A DNA stretch of 50,701 bases, taken from Octopus sinensis (lineage: Eukaryota). The DNA lies in assembly GCF_006345805.1 (NCBI RefSeq), contig NW_021832351.1, positions 1 to 50,701 on the forward strand, written 5' to 3'. This document shows, one piece after another, positions 23,043 to 34,999 of this stretch (within the stretch, counting starts at the first letter, position 1; every line of letters starts with the position of its first letter). The notes beneath the pieces are model-generated. The model searched no databases. It saw nothing but the letters and a program-made list of their open reading frames with translations, and had not been told where the DNA came from. The translations under genes and the position numbers were made by a program.

Positions 23043-25172
23043 AAAGATATGAATTACAACAAATAGAACTGACAAGGTACTTAGTGTATCATTTACACGG
23101 TTGATCGTACTAAACTGCATGACTTTGTCATTTGAATCTGCAAAACCAACCCTACGGCTGAGAATTAGAAGCTCAGCACATCAACAATGCATTTTTCCTC
23201 TTTCCAAGGCCATCTGTTAATTAGAGCAGAAACAATGTACTCAGAAGGTGTGCCGTTTTTATTTTACATGTGTACTAGAGAGATCTGATTTCGCTAAAGA
23301 GTATCAGATCGAAACCGTGTAATTTGATGCGTGTTACTTAAAAGGCAATAACAAATAACCACGCTTCAAGGCTTCTTGTATTTCCACAACCGGCCTTCAA
23401 TAATATTATGGCTGAGACTGAAACAATAAACAAAATGGTTACTTACTCAACACGCTCTAAAAGCAATCAAGGCCCTACCTCATCATGTTCCTACCTTATC
23501 AAGGGCCTACGACATCAAGAGAAGAGGTTTATGATTTTAGTATAGATATCAGATTCATTTTTCATAAACCTCCGACCTGCCTTTGCTTGCTTGAGATGTC
23601 TTTTATATCATACCGCACTATCACGATAATAATAATGATTTTTGTTTCGTTTTTGCTTTTGTCATTTCTTTTACAACCTCCAACTTCTCTCTAAAATCTG
23701 TGACAGTTGGTGTCTAAGCATACACAATCCATATCACAGCAAGTGTGTTTATTTTCTTGTGTCTTTTGGCTGGTTTCTTGTTTTTCTTTTTTTTTTTTAA
23801 TGTTGACTGTAATTTCATTGCCACAGTCGTCAGTGTTGTTGCGCCGTGCTTTTCAAGTAACAAAATTAAGATTACAGTCTTTTTCCTCTTTATTCTTACT
23901 AGTATCTAAGGCGGCGAGCTGGCAGAATCTTTAGCACACCAGACAAGATGTCTCCCAGCATTTCTTCCAGTTTTACGTTCTGAGTTCATATTCCGCCGAG
24001 GTTGATTTTGACTTTCCTTCCTTCCTGATTCATTATATAAATTACCTGTAAACACTAATGGAACAGTGGAGTCGATGCGATCGACTATCCTCGTTTCCCC
24101 AAATTTCAGATCCTGCACATGTGGGAGAAAACGAAAGAGTTCTTAGGCGAGGGTTGGATAAAGCACTTTGCGGCATTTCCCTCAATTCATTACATTCTAA
24201 ATCGAAACCCCACCGAGGTACACTTTGCCTTTCACCCTTTCGAGGTTAATAAAATAATTACCACCCTGCTCAAATTGCCGACCATGTGTCAATATTTAAA
24301 ACCGTTCTTTGTCGTGTCTTTGTTCCAGTTAGAATGTTTTGTAGTGTCAGTATTGCTAATAACAGAAATATTACAATACGCTTTTGGGAATTTCTAAACG
24401 ATGGACGTGGGATTTTAATTGCCTTTTCGCAAAAAATACAAAGAGAAACAAAAATGACTGCTGCTATTTAAGTTAGTAAATTGGCTGCCGCCTTTTTCAC
24501 GATTCCTCACCCACTATTAACGCTGTAGCCATTTTGAAGAGAATTCCTGTGGTGCAGGCAGAAATAAAGGAAAATAAAATGTCTTCCTGTAAATAGGAAG
24601 GACTTATAATTAGGTTTGAAGCATCTCCACTGTTATTACATAGACTGTATATACACACGAAAACTCATTAACTTCAGAGAAAACGCATGTAACTCAAACT
24701 ACGAGATGCTCCAATATAAGAATTTTTCACGGTGAAATCCAAGAAGCGGCAGCAGCAGTAGTAGTGGTAGTAGTAGTAGTAGTAGTAGTAGTGTAGTAGT
24801 AGTAGTAGTAGTAGTATGAGGGAATGTGCTGTAACAGCGCTTTGCTGCATCCACCATTTGTACGTGATTCCATAACTCCTGGCAGATGAAACTTTTGCAT
24901 CACTCAGGCAAAACCCCTCCAGCCCATGGGTCTGTTTGGGTGTTCGTTGCTGGTGACCGTTTTACAAGGTCAAAGTGCAAATCCTACCTCAGCCTCTTTT
25001 AGTCGCCTTTTACGACTCGCAGGGGAAACATCGGGGTCTATTCTTTGATGCGCCAGTCCCCATGCAGCACGATGGAGTGAGCGGATGGGGTTGAGGGGAA
25101 GACCATACTGCTGCAAAAAGCTATGACACACACACAAGCATACACGCACAGTGGGAGAGAGAGAGAGGAGAG

Positions 25173-25218
<46 letters not shown>

Positions 25219-25898
25219 AAACAAGGACACAAGCACGTGCGAACATAAGGATACACATCTTAGAAGAACAGAACGGAGTAAGTGGAGCAAGAACACACAC
25301 GAAAACGAAAAATAGCGCTGAAGAGGTCACAGATGTGTGATCTCTTTCCCCTTTGCACTCGTTTCATTTACTCTTCTACCCTCTTTAAAAGCAACCTTTG
25401 CCTCGCAATTACAGCTGTACCACCAATGATACCTTAGTCCTATATTTTAGGATCACATTGTAGTTTAATTGCCATTTTACCTCTTAGAGTTTATTTATAA
25501 TCTCCGATAACTAGTTAGAACCATTACAATTAACTGTTTATACTTATATGAATCTGTGGCAAATAAATAGCTTTTGATACTTCAGGTTTAAAACAATAAG
25601 TAGTAACCTGAGCTGCCTTTTCATTTGTATATTTGTAAATTTTTCCAAAATGTAGTAGTAATCGCCAACCACATGCCACTGACCATAAGGAGGTCGCAGT
25701 GTATTAAATTTCTTTACTGGATCTCTATACTGTTCACCCATGATAAGAGCCTACAATGGCTTAAGACTGAGAGCTAAAAACGGATATCCCAGTTCTATGA
25801 AATACCACATTGACCAAATTCTTTTCTCTCTTCATTTTTCTTCCTGTGGCAGTTAATTTGTTTCGTCTCTGAAGGAGATAGCTTAGGGTGGTGGTTAC

Positions 25899-25993
25899 CT
25901 ATATCTTCAGTCACTCTATCGAGCGAGTGATATCTTGGTATCTGAAGCAGAGATGGGATAGTTTGACCGAAAGAACCGGTTATTGCAAGCAAT
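25899..25993 (-). CDS. Candidate exon of an unknown gene
   Basis: Long poly-pyrimidine tract + AG, AG|GTAACC donor, one open frame LLAITGSFGQTIPSLLQIPRYHSLDRVTEDI; no recognised homology. Confidence 0.2.
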
Positions 25994-26736
25994 CTATCAA
26001 AAAAAAAAAAGAAAAAAGAAAAAAAAACACACATTTGGCCAAATTTGGACATACGACAGTTTAACATAATAGCAACGATATATAATATTAATAATAATAA
26101 TAATATTAATAAACATACATATATATATATTTATATATATATATATATATATATCAGTCTGCAAGGAAATGGCTAAATTTTGCCCTGTTTATAATTATAC
26201 CATGTGTTACATATATATAGCAAAAATTTAGATTCAGATGAATATGATACTTAAGTTAAGGCACTAGAATTTAGTACGGTATTATCCATACAATTTCAAA
26301 GTAAGAGGATTAAAATAAAAATAAGCAACAAGGATATCCAGAGGTAATGCAGTACCATCGCTTCATGCAACTCCATTTAATTGAACAATGCAATCATTAC
26401 ATTACTAAATAATTACTAAACAATTACTAAACCATTACTAAACAAGTGGTTCGGGTAAAGAGGATGACCGGAGCTTATACATGTAGATTTTTTGATGGAG
26501 ATTGTTAAAAGAAAGTTTTTGTCACAAAACCGGTAACAGATGACAAATTAGTGGCAGCCATTAAACGAAAATACGTACTAATATCGAATGAAATATTTCT
26601 TTATGCTTGCGATTCCATTGTTAAATTCTGTCTAAAGATTCCATCAAAATTTGAAAATGAAATGTAATTTAATAAACACTGTCTGCAATCATTCAATGTG
26701 TGAGAATATTTTTAGGACAGCATGTACACATTCGTG

Positions 26737-26874
<138 letters not shown>

Positions 26875-26933
26875 ATATATATCTATATATATATTATATA
26901 CATCTACATACATACATACATACATATATATAG

Positions 26934-26964
<31 letters not shown>

Positions 26965-26966
<2 letters not shown>

Positions 26967-27125
26967 TACACATATATTTTTCTCTCCTTGTTTTTTCTGT
27001 GTCCATTCTGTACAAGAGCGTAGGCTCGAAACATAAAAGACTTCTATTCCTGAGCGTTATACTAATACATCTGTTTGTTTTGTACACCACCTGTCTTCGT
27101 CTTTTGTTTTTTTCGTAACTCTCCC
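26965..27125 (+). mobile_element. PLE-like terminal repeat with decayed hammerhead (27008-27039)
   Basis: CTGTACAAGAGCGTAGGCTCGAAACATAAAAG; homologous to 14480-14515; flanked by (TA)n. Confidence 0.7.
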
Positions 27126-27172
27126 GATATATATATGTGTGTATTTATATATATATTATATATATATATTAT

Positions 27173-27208
<36 letters not shown>

Positions 27209-27620
27209 CTAGCAGCTAAGTCCGGTTTCACCCGGTCTGTTTGGATGATGTGGCTGTGATCATTTTCGGTTAGGCATAATTTATAACAGCGTTTCTCAAC
27301 CTTATCATTTTGGGTCCCTTGTTTTGATTGGAGCCTCCAGCTGTATGGAAATTTCCTGTCCCCACCCCGTTAGAAACAGCTTCTAAGCAACTGGTTGTTT
27401 TAATGGCGGAAGAAAGAGGGGAATTCCATTTGAAAAAGTTTTAATCGGTTTTCTTGGTAAGTATGGGAGTTAGGGAAAAAATACAAACCGCATTCCAATC
27501 TATGCACACGTCTCCACATGTGTGTCATTTTCCGCACGAATCCATCAAGCCGTTTGGCTGTGAACTTCAAGACAAGAAATAATATAACGATCGCCCATGT
27601 CCAATTTATATGATATAATA
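27209..27620 (-). mobile_element. Non-autonomous Helitron (different family), 5' end approximate
   Basis: Minus-strand hairpin ACCGGGTGAAACCGG followed by GCTGCTAG|T at a (TA)n edge. Confidence 0.55.
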
Positions 27621-27627
27621 TATATAT

Positions 27628-27910
27628 ACAATTGCAGCGTGGAAGGTGTTTATAAGCCATTTAAGAAACACACAAAAGCCGTTCGACAAAAGTCCGTGCT
27701 GCATCAGAGATGCAGCACGGACTTTGTCAGTGAACAGGTCGCGGATTTTAGCGACGAAAATATTTTGACAAATTAAACTTAAATGTTGAAGTGAATCGAA
27801 CGGCTTTTGTGTGTTTCTTAAATGGCTTATAAACACCTTCCACGCTGCAATTGTTTTCGTTTCAGCACACGATCTCAGATCAAATTACTTGCTATGCGAG
27901 TACATCTCCG
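27628..27910 (+). mobile_element. PLE-like terminal repeat with partial inverted duplication
   Basis: 59-bp perfect inverted repeat 27628-27686 / 27796-27854, inner 17-bp hairpin, hammerhead between the arms; flanked by (TA)n. Confidence 0.7.
27723..27772 (+). ncRNA. Minimal type I hammerhead ribozyme with G3:C8 core swap
   Basis: UUUGUCA-GUGAACA-G-GUCGC(GGAUUUUA)GCGAC-GAA-AAUAUU-U-UGACAAA: 7-bp stem I, 5-bp stem II, palindromic stem III. Confidence 0.75.
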
Positions 27911-27920
27911 TAATATATAT

Positions 27921-27950
<30 letters not shown>

Positions 27951-27956
<6 letters not shown>

Positions 27957-28059
27957 GAAAGAAGATTTGAAAATGCAATTTTAAAAGATGTTTATTTAAA
28001 CATCTTTAACAAAAATAAACATCTTTTAAAATTGCATTTTCAAACCTTCTTTCGTATAT
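27951..28059. repeat. Short foldback palindrome (47-bp arms, 1 mismatch)
   Basis: ATATACGAAAGAAGATTTG...TTTATTT / AAATAAAC...CTTCTTTCGTATAT. Confidence 0.85.
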
Positions 28060-28095
28060 AATTCCACTCGTGCGGTACCCTACAACTCCACTTTG

Positions 28096-28132
<37 letters not shown>

Positions 28133-28899
28133 TATATATATATATACGCACACACGTATGCATAATATATTACAGATGATGTTTGGGAGTTTGACTCCAG
28201 ATTAACGATTATAAACATTTTATATTCATGCAGCAGTCTAAAGACTTGTTGTACACATTAAAATTCAAGTGATAATTGGAGAACTTTTATCTCGGTTGTG
28301 CTGTAGAGAAACGTATCTGATCTTACCATTTTCAACATGCTGTGTTCCTTCCTCTCTTCCGACTCCCCGACCCACAAAAAAGTGCTGAGCTAGAAGTAAG
28401 AAAGCCGCACCAATAATTGTAAAGCTTGTGTATTATCAAAATTGTAGGGTTTACAAAAACCAGCTGGCAGTTAACGAGCATGAGAAATATAAGGTCGTGT
28501 TTTTGAATTTATACGCAGAAAGAAATGGCTTTAAGGAAGAATAAGGAAATGAGATTCGACCTCGGCAGGTGGAAAGTTAATGTCAAAATAAATCAAAGAT
28601 AAGGACGGATTACGACTAGAAAATAAATAATTGTTAAAATCAAAAAACAAAATGGGAAAGAAACACGGAAAGTAAAGAATAGAAAATTTTCTTGCAAATG
28701 TAATTCAACTGTACGTGATTAACAGAATGCGAATATATGAGCAGAGAAAGGTGTCTCTACGTAGTAGATCAATCCGTTTGAAATTGTAGTTATATTTTCC
28801 TAAAATATCTCTCGAATGAATTTAAAGCATTTAGAATATTTTGATGCTGTGATGCGGGGTGCACCACGTCTAAATAAAAGATGTAATATTTACTGACAG

Positions 28900-29007
28900 A
28901 CGTCCGCTTGATCAGGGTGGAAATGGAGCTAAGCAACACCATCCACGTTATCCTCCTCATCATCAACGTGATGAACGACAGAATAATCAAAGCCACCAAC
29001 ACAGACG
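28900..29007 (+). CDS. Candidate 108-bp frame-symmetric exon (His/Gln/Arg-rich peptide)
   Basis: ACTGACAG| acceptor, ACG|GTATGA donor, open frame RPLDQGGNGAKQHHPRYPPHHQRDERQNNQSHQHR; weak pyrimidine tract. Confidence 0.3.
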
Positions 29008-29108
29008 GTATGAGAAGGAATATATAAATTCCTTCAACCTTCTAGAAATAGAAGTCACATCACTTTCATATCACTGCAAATATACATACATACTATATAC
29101 ATACGTAT

Positions 29109-29143
<35 letters not shown>

Positions 29144-29167
29144 ATGTGTGTGTGTTTGTTGTGTGTG

Positions 29168-29203
<36 letters not shown>

Positions 29204-29205
<2 letters not shown>

Positions 29206-29397
29206 TGTCTGTCCCCCCACCATTGCTTGACAACCGATGTCGGTGTGTTTACATCCCCGTAAGTTAGCGGTTCGGCAAGAGAACCCGATAGAATAAGTAC
29301 TAGGCTTACAAAGAATAAGTCCCGGGGTCGATTTGTTCGACCAAAATCGGTGCTTCGGTATGGCCGCAGTCAAAGTTTTGAAACAAGTAAAAGAATC
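29204..29397 (+). mobile_element. Family C SINE 3' half
   Basis: Matches ~46500-46700. Confidence 0.85.
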
Positions 29398-29404
29398 AAA
29401 TATA

Positions 29405-29790
29405 TTCTTTTATTCTTTTATACATTTACTTGTTTCAGTCATTTGACTGCAGCCTTGCTGGAACACCGGCTTGAGTCGAACAAATCAACCCCTGGACTTA
29501 TTCTATTGGTCTCTTTTTGCCGAACCACTAAGTTACGGAGACGTAAACACACCAACATTGGTTGTCAAGCGATGGTAGGGGTACAAACGCAGACAAATAA
29601 CAAATACATACATTTATATACATATAGATATACGACGGGCTTCTTTGAGTTTCTGTCTGCCAAATCCAATCACAAGGCTGTGTGGTTGGCCCGAGGTAAT
29701 AGTAGAAGACACTTACACAAGATGCCACGCAGTGGGAATGAACCCGGAACCATGTGGTTGCGAAGCAAGCGTCTTACCACACAGCCACAC
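29405..29790 (-). mobile_element. Family C SINE, near full length, tail-to-tail with the previous copy
   Basis: Reverse-complement match to 46304-46720. Confidence 0.88.
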
Positions 29791-30825
29791 AGCAGATGGC
29801 ATGGTCGCGAATGGAATGATTTTGATCATAAATTTGCTCGATGGCGACTGATCTGAAGAGACAGAATTGTTAGGAATAATAACCATTATTGTTAAGAAGT
29901 GCTTCGAATAAAAGCAAAGATCGAAGGATTTCTTAAAGGAATGTAAGACTATCGTTAATCAAAAGCGAACCGTCTAAACGACATTATACAAAAACGTGGT
30001 AAGCCGGATATTATTATCATGAAGAGGTGGGTTGGTGAGAGCAAGAAGTATGTGTAAGCGCAAATATCCGAATGTAGTGATGACTATGAACTTGGAAATT
30101 TTGTTACTTCCTCACAAGATGAAACACAGACATGTATAACAAGATTCTACGTGACAGTTTATAAACATCTCGGAGTCATAATGTGGGCCAAAGGACAGGG
30201 GTGAACAGCTTGGAGAATTAGTATTTTTTTAAATAGTCGTTTGGTACTTCTTGCATTTTATTGTCCTTCCCTCCACTTATAAAAGAAAAACAGGCAAAAG
30301 AAAATATATACTAAAAATACATTGTTTTTATTCTACGAAACCCAAGTCTTGAGGAAATGTGTCTTGGCAGTAAAGTTAAACAAAGGGTGTTGGTAGTAAT
30401 GTGGTACAAAAGAATCTAAATACCTCGCCTTGAATGACAGATGTCTCAGTGCTAAAATAATATTTACAATGGTTTCTTACATAGGTATAAGGCTACGTGT
30501 GAGGAGGTGCTGAGAGGTTCCTGGGTTTGAGTAAAAGAAAATACAGGAGGATCAGTTAATTAAGATTTTATCCAACATATATTACCCTTCCTGATTCACA
30601 CACTTATTGCAGCGCTCCTTTAGTTTTTATAAGCCCCGTGAAAGAGCTCGGAACTTTGGGACTTCCAAACAGGCCTTTCGTGACACCCTAAGAGCCAGGA
30701 ACTTTTCAGCAGCCACTCGTATTTCTTATGAAGAAAGAATGATCAACACAATGATCAAACCGACACTGAGGTTTGAATGGATAATGTTTTATACCTGAAA
30801 AAATGAAATGCGAAATTATTGAGTG

Positions 30826-30866
<41 letters not shown>

Positions 30867-30894
30867 TATATATATATATATATATATAACAGTA

Positions 30895-31061
30895 AAGGAA
30901 TGGCTATAATAGGGCATTCAACTCACTAGAAAGAGCAGCCAAACTCAAACCGGTAAATAAAACGTTTTATTTCTCTTTCAATTTCAGAATTACAACTATT
31001 TAGCGGTTTGAGTTTGGCTGCTCTTTCTAGTGAGTTGAATGTCCTATTATGGCCATTCCTT
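30895..31061. repeat. Long palindrome, 58-bp arms
   Basis: 30895-30952 pairs with 31004-31061; two differences, both G.U on the + strand. Confidence 0.95.
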
Positions 31062-31158
31062 ATATTGTTGAATGTATATTATATAGTCTTTGACTATCTT
31101 TTCTTTCTCGCTAGACCGCTGGTAGCGGAGAATTTTTTCTAGAATTTTTTGCTACCCT

Positions 31159-31256
<98 letters not shown>

Positions 31257-31519
31257 GAATACAAAATATGGGACAAGAATGCAAAGCATCCAGACAGCTA
31301 GATGATACAAAAAAGGGACAAGAAAAACACGGACGGGTCATTCGAAGTTTTCTTTTCTCAGTCAAGTTCCAGATTATCTTTGCAATTTCGGCTGGTTATA
31401 CTCGAGATTGCTCCAATTTGGCACTAGATTCCTTGGAAGGAAGCAGCGAATATATACGAAAACAAGAACACACACACATATATACACATCTATATAAACA
31501 CATATACACACACACACAC

Positions 31520-31556
<37 letters not shown>

Positions 31557-31824
31557 TCCTATGATGGTTGTTTCGTGCTTAAGGAGAAGGCTTGCTTGGT
31601 TCAATAACTCTGAGAGCAATGTCGCCGAGAGCCGAACTCTGGCTAGCGTTATCCATGGTAACAAGATCGAAGGAAACGATCCAAAGTGAACACGACCAAA
31701 ACTGTCTCAAGACCTTGCGGCAGTAGTTAACATTTGACTTCAGTAACGTTTGAACTGTCGGATAAGGGCAACGACAGACGTGCTGGTGCGATTCGGCACG
31801 TAATCGATTTAACGGCAATATATT

Positions 31825-31998
31825 AGTTTCTACTCTTGGCACAAAATCCGAAATTGTGCGGGGAGTGGGCCAGTCGATTAGATCGACCCCAGTAAGGCAA
31901 AGTCGAACTCGGCCGAATTTGAACTCAGACGGTAAAGACAGACGAAATACTGCTAAGTATTTCGCCCGGCGTGCTAATGTCTCTGCCAGCTCGCCGCT
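31825..31998 (-). mobile_element. Family A SINE (alternative tail), internally deleted
   Basis: Reverse complement of family A head, with the GCACAAG...TAGAAA-type tail. Confidence 0.85.
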
Positions 31999-32016
31999 TA
32001 TCAACAGCAATATATT

Positions 32017-32398
32017 CTTTTCTACTCTAGGCACAAGGGGGAGGGGGCCAGTCGATTAGATCTAGCTCAGTACACAACAGGCACTTAATTTATCGATCCC
32101 GAAAGGATGAAAGGCAAAGTCGATCTCGGCAGAATTTGAAATCGGAACGTAAAGACAGACGAAATACCTATTTCTTTACTACCCACAAGGGGCTAAACAC
32201 AGAGAGGACAAACAAGGACAGACAAACGGATTAAGTCGATTATATCAACCCCAGTGCGTAACTGGTACTTATTTAATCGACCCCGAAAGGATGAAAGGCA
32301 AAGTCGACCTCGGCGGAATTTGAACTCAGAACGTAGCGACAGACGAAATACCATTAAGCATTTCACCTGGCGCGCTAATGATTCTGCCAGCTCGCCAC
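32017..32398 (-). mobile_element. Family A SINE heterodimer (tail-1 unit joined to tail-2 unit)
   Basis: Junction GAAATAC|CTATTTCTTT at 32161-32177 is the reverse complement of the array junction. Confidence 0.9.
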
Positions 32399-33780
32399 AT
32401 TTCAATGGCAATATATTGCCACTTCTTCACTTGCTACTGTTTGCCTCATGCTGCGTCACATGTGTCACTGAATATGGTTCTTAAATCATAGTGTGAGACT
32501 CAGTCCTGGGAAACTTGAAAACCATCATTTATAGAAATGTTCACATCTAATCACCTGTCTGATTAGATGTGAGCACCTCTGTAAATTTACGTTTGAAGCC
32601 TGGTTTCAATGAGCTATTGGTACCAGTGCTCATATACTATTAATGGCACTTCGAGAACTATGGAAACAAATCGTATTTCTTTTCTCCTATGGAACTAAGC
32701 CATCATACTTATGTAAAAACCACAAGGACATTCCATAAATACCTACATTTACATATGTACATCTGTATTTGTCCCCGTGTGGAGTATTATATAATTATAA
32801 ATATGCTGTGGTTTTATTTAGAATTTTTTTTCTATTTAATCTCATTAGTAGCTATAATTATGAATATTTTTGAGAAAGTTTTTGTCCTCACACTATACAT
32901 TGCAGCCCCACACCGAATTTTATTATTATTATTCCAGTTTATTTCGTTCATTTGCTTCTGCATTTTTTTGGCGTTTCACAAACAAACCTTATAATTTGAT
33001 CTCAGCAAAACTAAAAGTGTCAAGTTTGCATAGTTCAAGTGGATAGTTGTGGTTATCATTATTTTCTCACCGATATTAACTCATTATGTCCCAGAGTTTT
33101 TAAATTTCTGAATATCACTTCTAAATTTTTACAGATGAATGAAAACGGGTTAAATTGAAACAAATTAATTATTAAAACTCCTTTACTTCAAGTAGAAATG
33201 GAAATACTCAGTGTCCCATAAATAGGACACTGAGACAATATGATATATCTTATTTAATGTTTTCATCTAGTGTCCTATTTATAGAACAGTATGACTTAGT
33301 GGGTTAAGAAAAAAAAAATGACGTTTCCGACTGGAATTTATACAGCGTTAACAACTTTTCTCATCCAGATTTCAATGAAATATTTCGTCCTTTTACGATT
33401 CTAACATCATGACGGCTATCTTTTCGTATAGCATACCGGATGTTCAAACAGCCAATGTTTACCCAAGATCCCTGACTTTAGTCTCCCACAAAAGAGAAGC
33501 AATATAACAATGTTCTACCCTTCAAATGTTTGATCAATATTTTTTCTTATACGATTCATTGATATTTCCATTCAGCTGTCCTTTCGACAATGGATCACAG
33601 AGGACCTGACGGTACAAGTCTGCAACACTTCAATATATAAAGAATGGTACAAATGCCCCCAAATTTAGATGTCTTGGTGTCTGATTTAATTGATTGTCTA
33701 ATCATTATTGTACAGGTAGAGTCAGCCTTGATCTTTGAAGGTATTTTGTGGTTTAGTCTCAAGCCAGCTCGATTATGGTT

Positions 33781-34015
33781 AAAGGCGGCGAGCTGGCAGA
33801 AACGTTAGCACACCGGGCGAGATGCTTAGCGGTATTTCGTCTGCCTTTACGTTCTGCGTTCAAATTCCGCCGAGGCCGACTTTGCCTTTCATCCTTTCGG
33901 GGTCGATTAAATAATTACCAGTTACTCACTGGGGTCAATGTAATCGACTTAATCCGTGTGTCTGTCTTTATTTGTACCCTCTGTGTTTAGCCCCTTGTGG
34001 GTAGTGAAGAAATAG
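33781..34015 (+). mobile_element. Family A SINE with 16-bp TSD
   Basis: TCGATTATGGTTAAAG at 33769-33784 and 34017-34032. Confidence 0.93.
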
Positions 34016-34396
34016 TTCGATTATGGTTAAAGACCTACGATTTAAGGTATTCCAGCTGTCAATATCTGTTTTTTTATTTTGTTTATGTAGGACTACGCTT
34101 TTCAAGGATGATGGGGTACCGTATGAGAGAACTTGACTACTATTTCTAGCAGATCATCCGACTAGTTGAGGACCACACTACATACGCAGGCATTTAATAA
34201 TTTATCCTATAGGGATTAGTGAAGTAATCTGGGTTTGTTTCATTCTCTCCACTGATCGTTCTGTCTTGTAATCCTGGAGATCTCGTTGTTGCCATAGTGA
34301 GGTGGGGATGTAAGGAAGGCTCAGTTGCTGCTCTGCTCACCCATAGAGGATGATTCATGATTTCACACTTAGCTGCAAGAGTAGGTTCTGAATAGG

Positions 34397-34692
34397 GCTA
34401 CAGGAAATTTCGCCGTAAACATTTTTGCCGTCAGAAAATTTGCCGTAAAAAAACAAAAATAAAAAGCAACAACAACAAAAACAACAACAACAACTTCAAA
34501 ACAAACAAAAACAAGCAAAAATTATCTGTTTTCTTAAAATAGTAACTTCATTAACTAACTTACCAATTAAAGATAATTATTTTTTAGTGAGTTATCTAGC
34601 TTACAGTCTGTTTGGGTGCCTCCTTTACAGTGAAATTTCCTACAGCAAATTTTCCCACAGCTAAAATGTTTAGGACGAATTTTCTGGAAACG
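34397..34692. mobile_element. Possible MULE-like non-autonomous DNA element
   Basis: 10-bp direct repeat TCTGAATAGG (34387-34396, 34693-34702), weak TIRs, subterminal AAATTT(T)GCCGT repeats mirrored at the other end. Confidence 0.4.
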
Positions 34693-34945
34693 TCTGAATA
34701 GGTAAGATAAGACTGTACAACGTTCACATAATTTCCAACATGGGTTCGGAAACCAGCTCTGTGGACTAGGCTCATCGGAAACTAATCTTCTACAATTTTC
34801 TAAATACCGTCATGATTGGCGTAACACAGAGTTTGTCTTTTGATCGGGTACAAATACAGGTTTTGAAAAGGAAACAAGAGATGGATTGCCTAAACCTCTG
34901 AAAAATACTGGTGCTAACTTCAGCCAGATGAAGGATTTTCAAGAT

Positions 34946-34946
34946 T

Positions 34947-34999
<53 letters not shown>

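Noticed and set aside
24820-25050. RTE-like LINE 3' fragment (TAGTCGCCTTTTACGAC...)
   Set aside because: Short resemblance from memory only; boundaries not definable.
25640-25700. GQWHVVG as a lipocalin motif
   Set aside because: Preceding residues do not fit the motif; no other lipocalin features.
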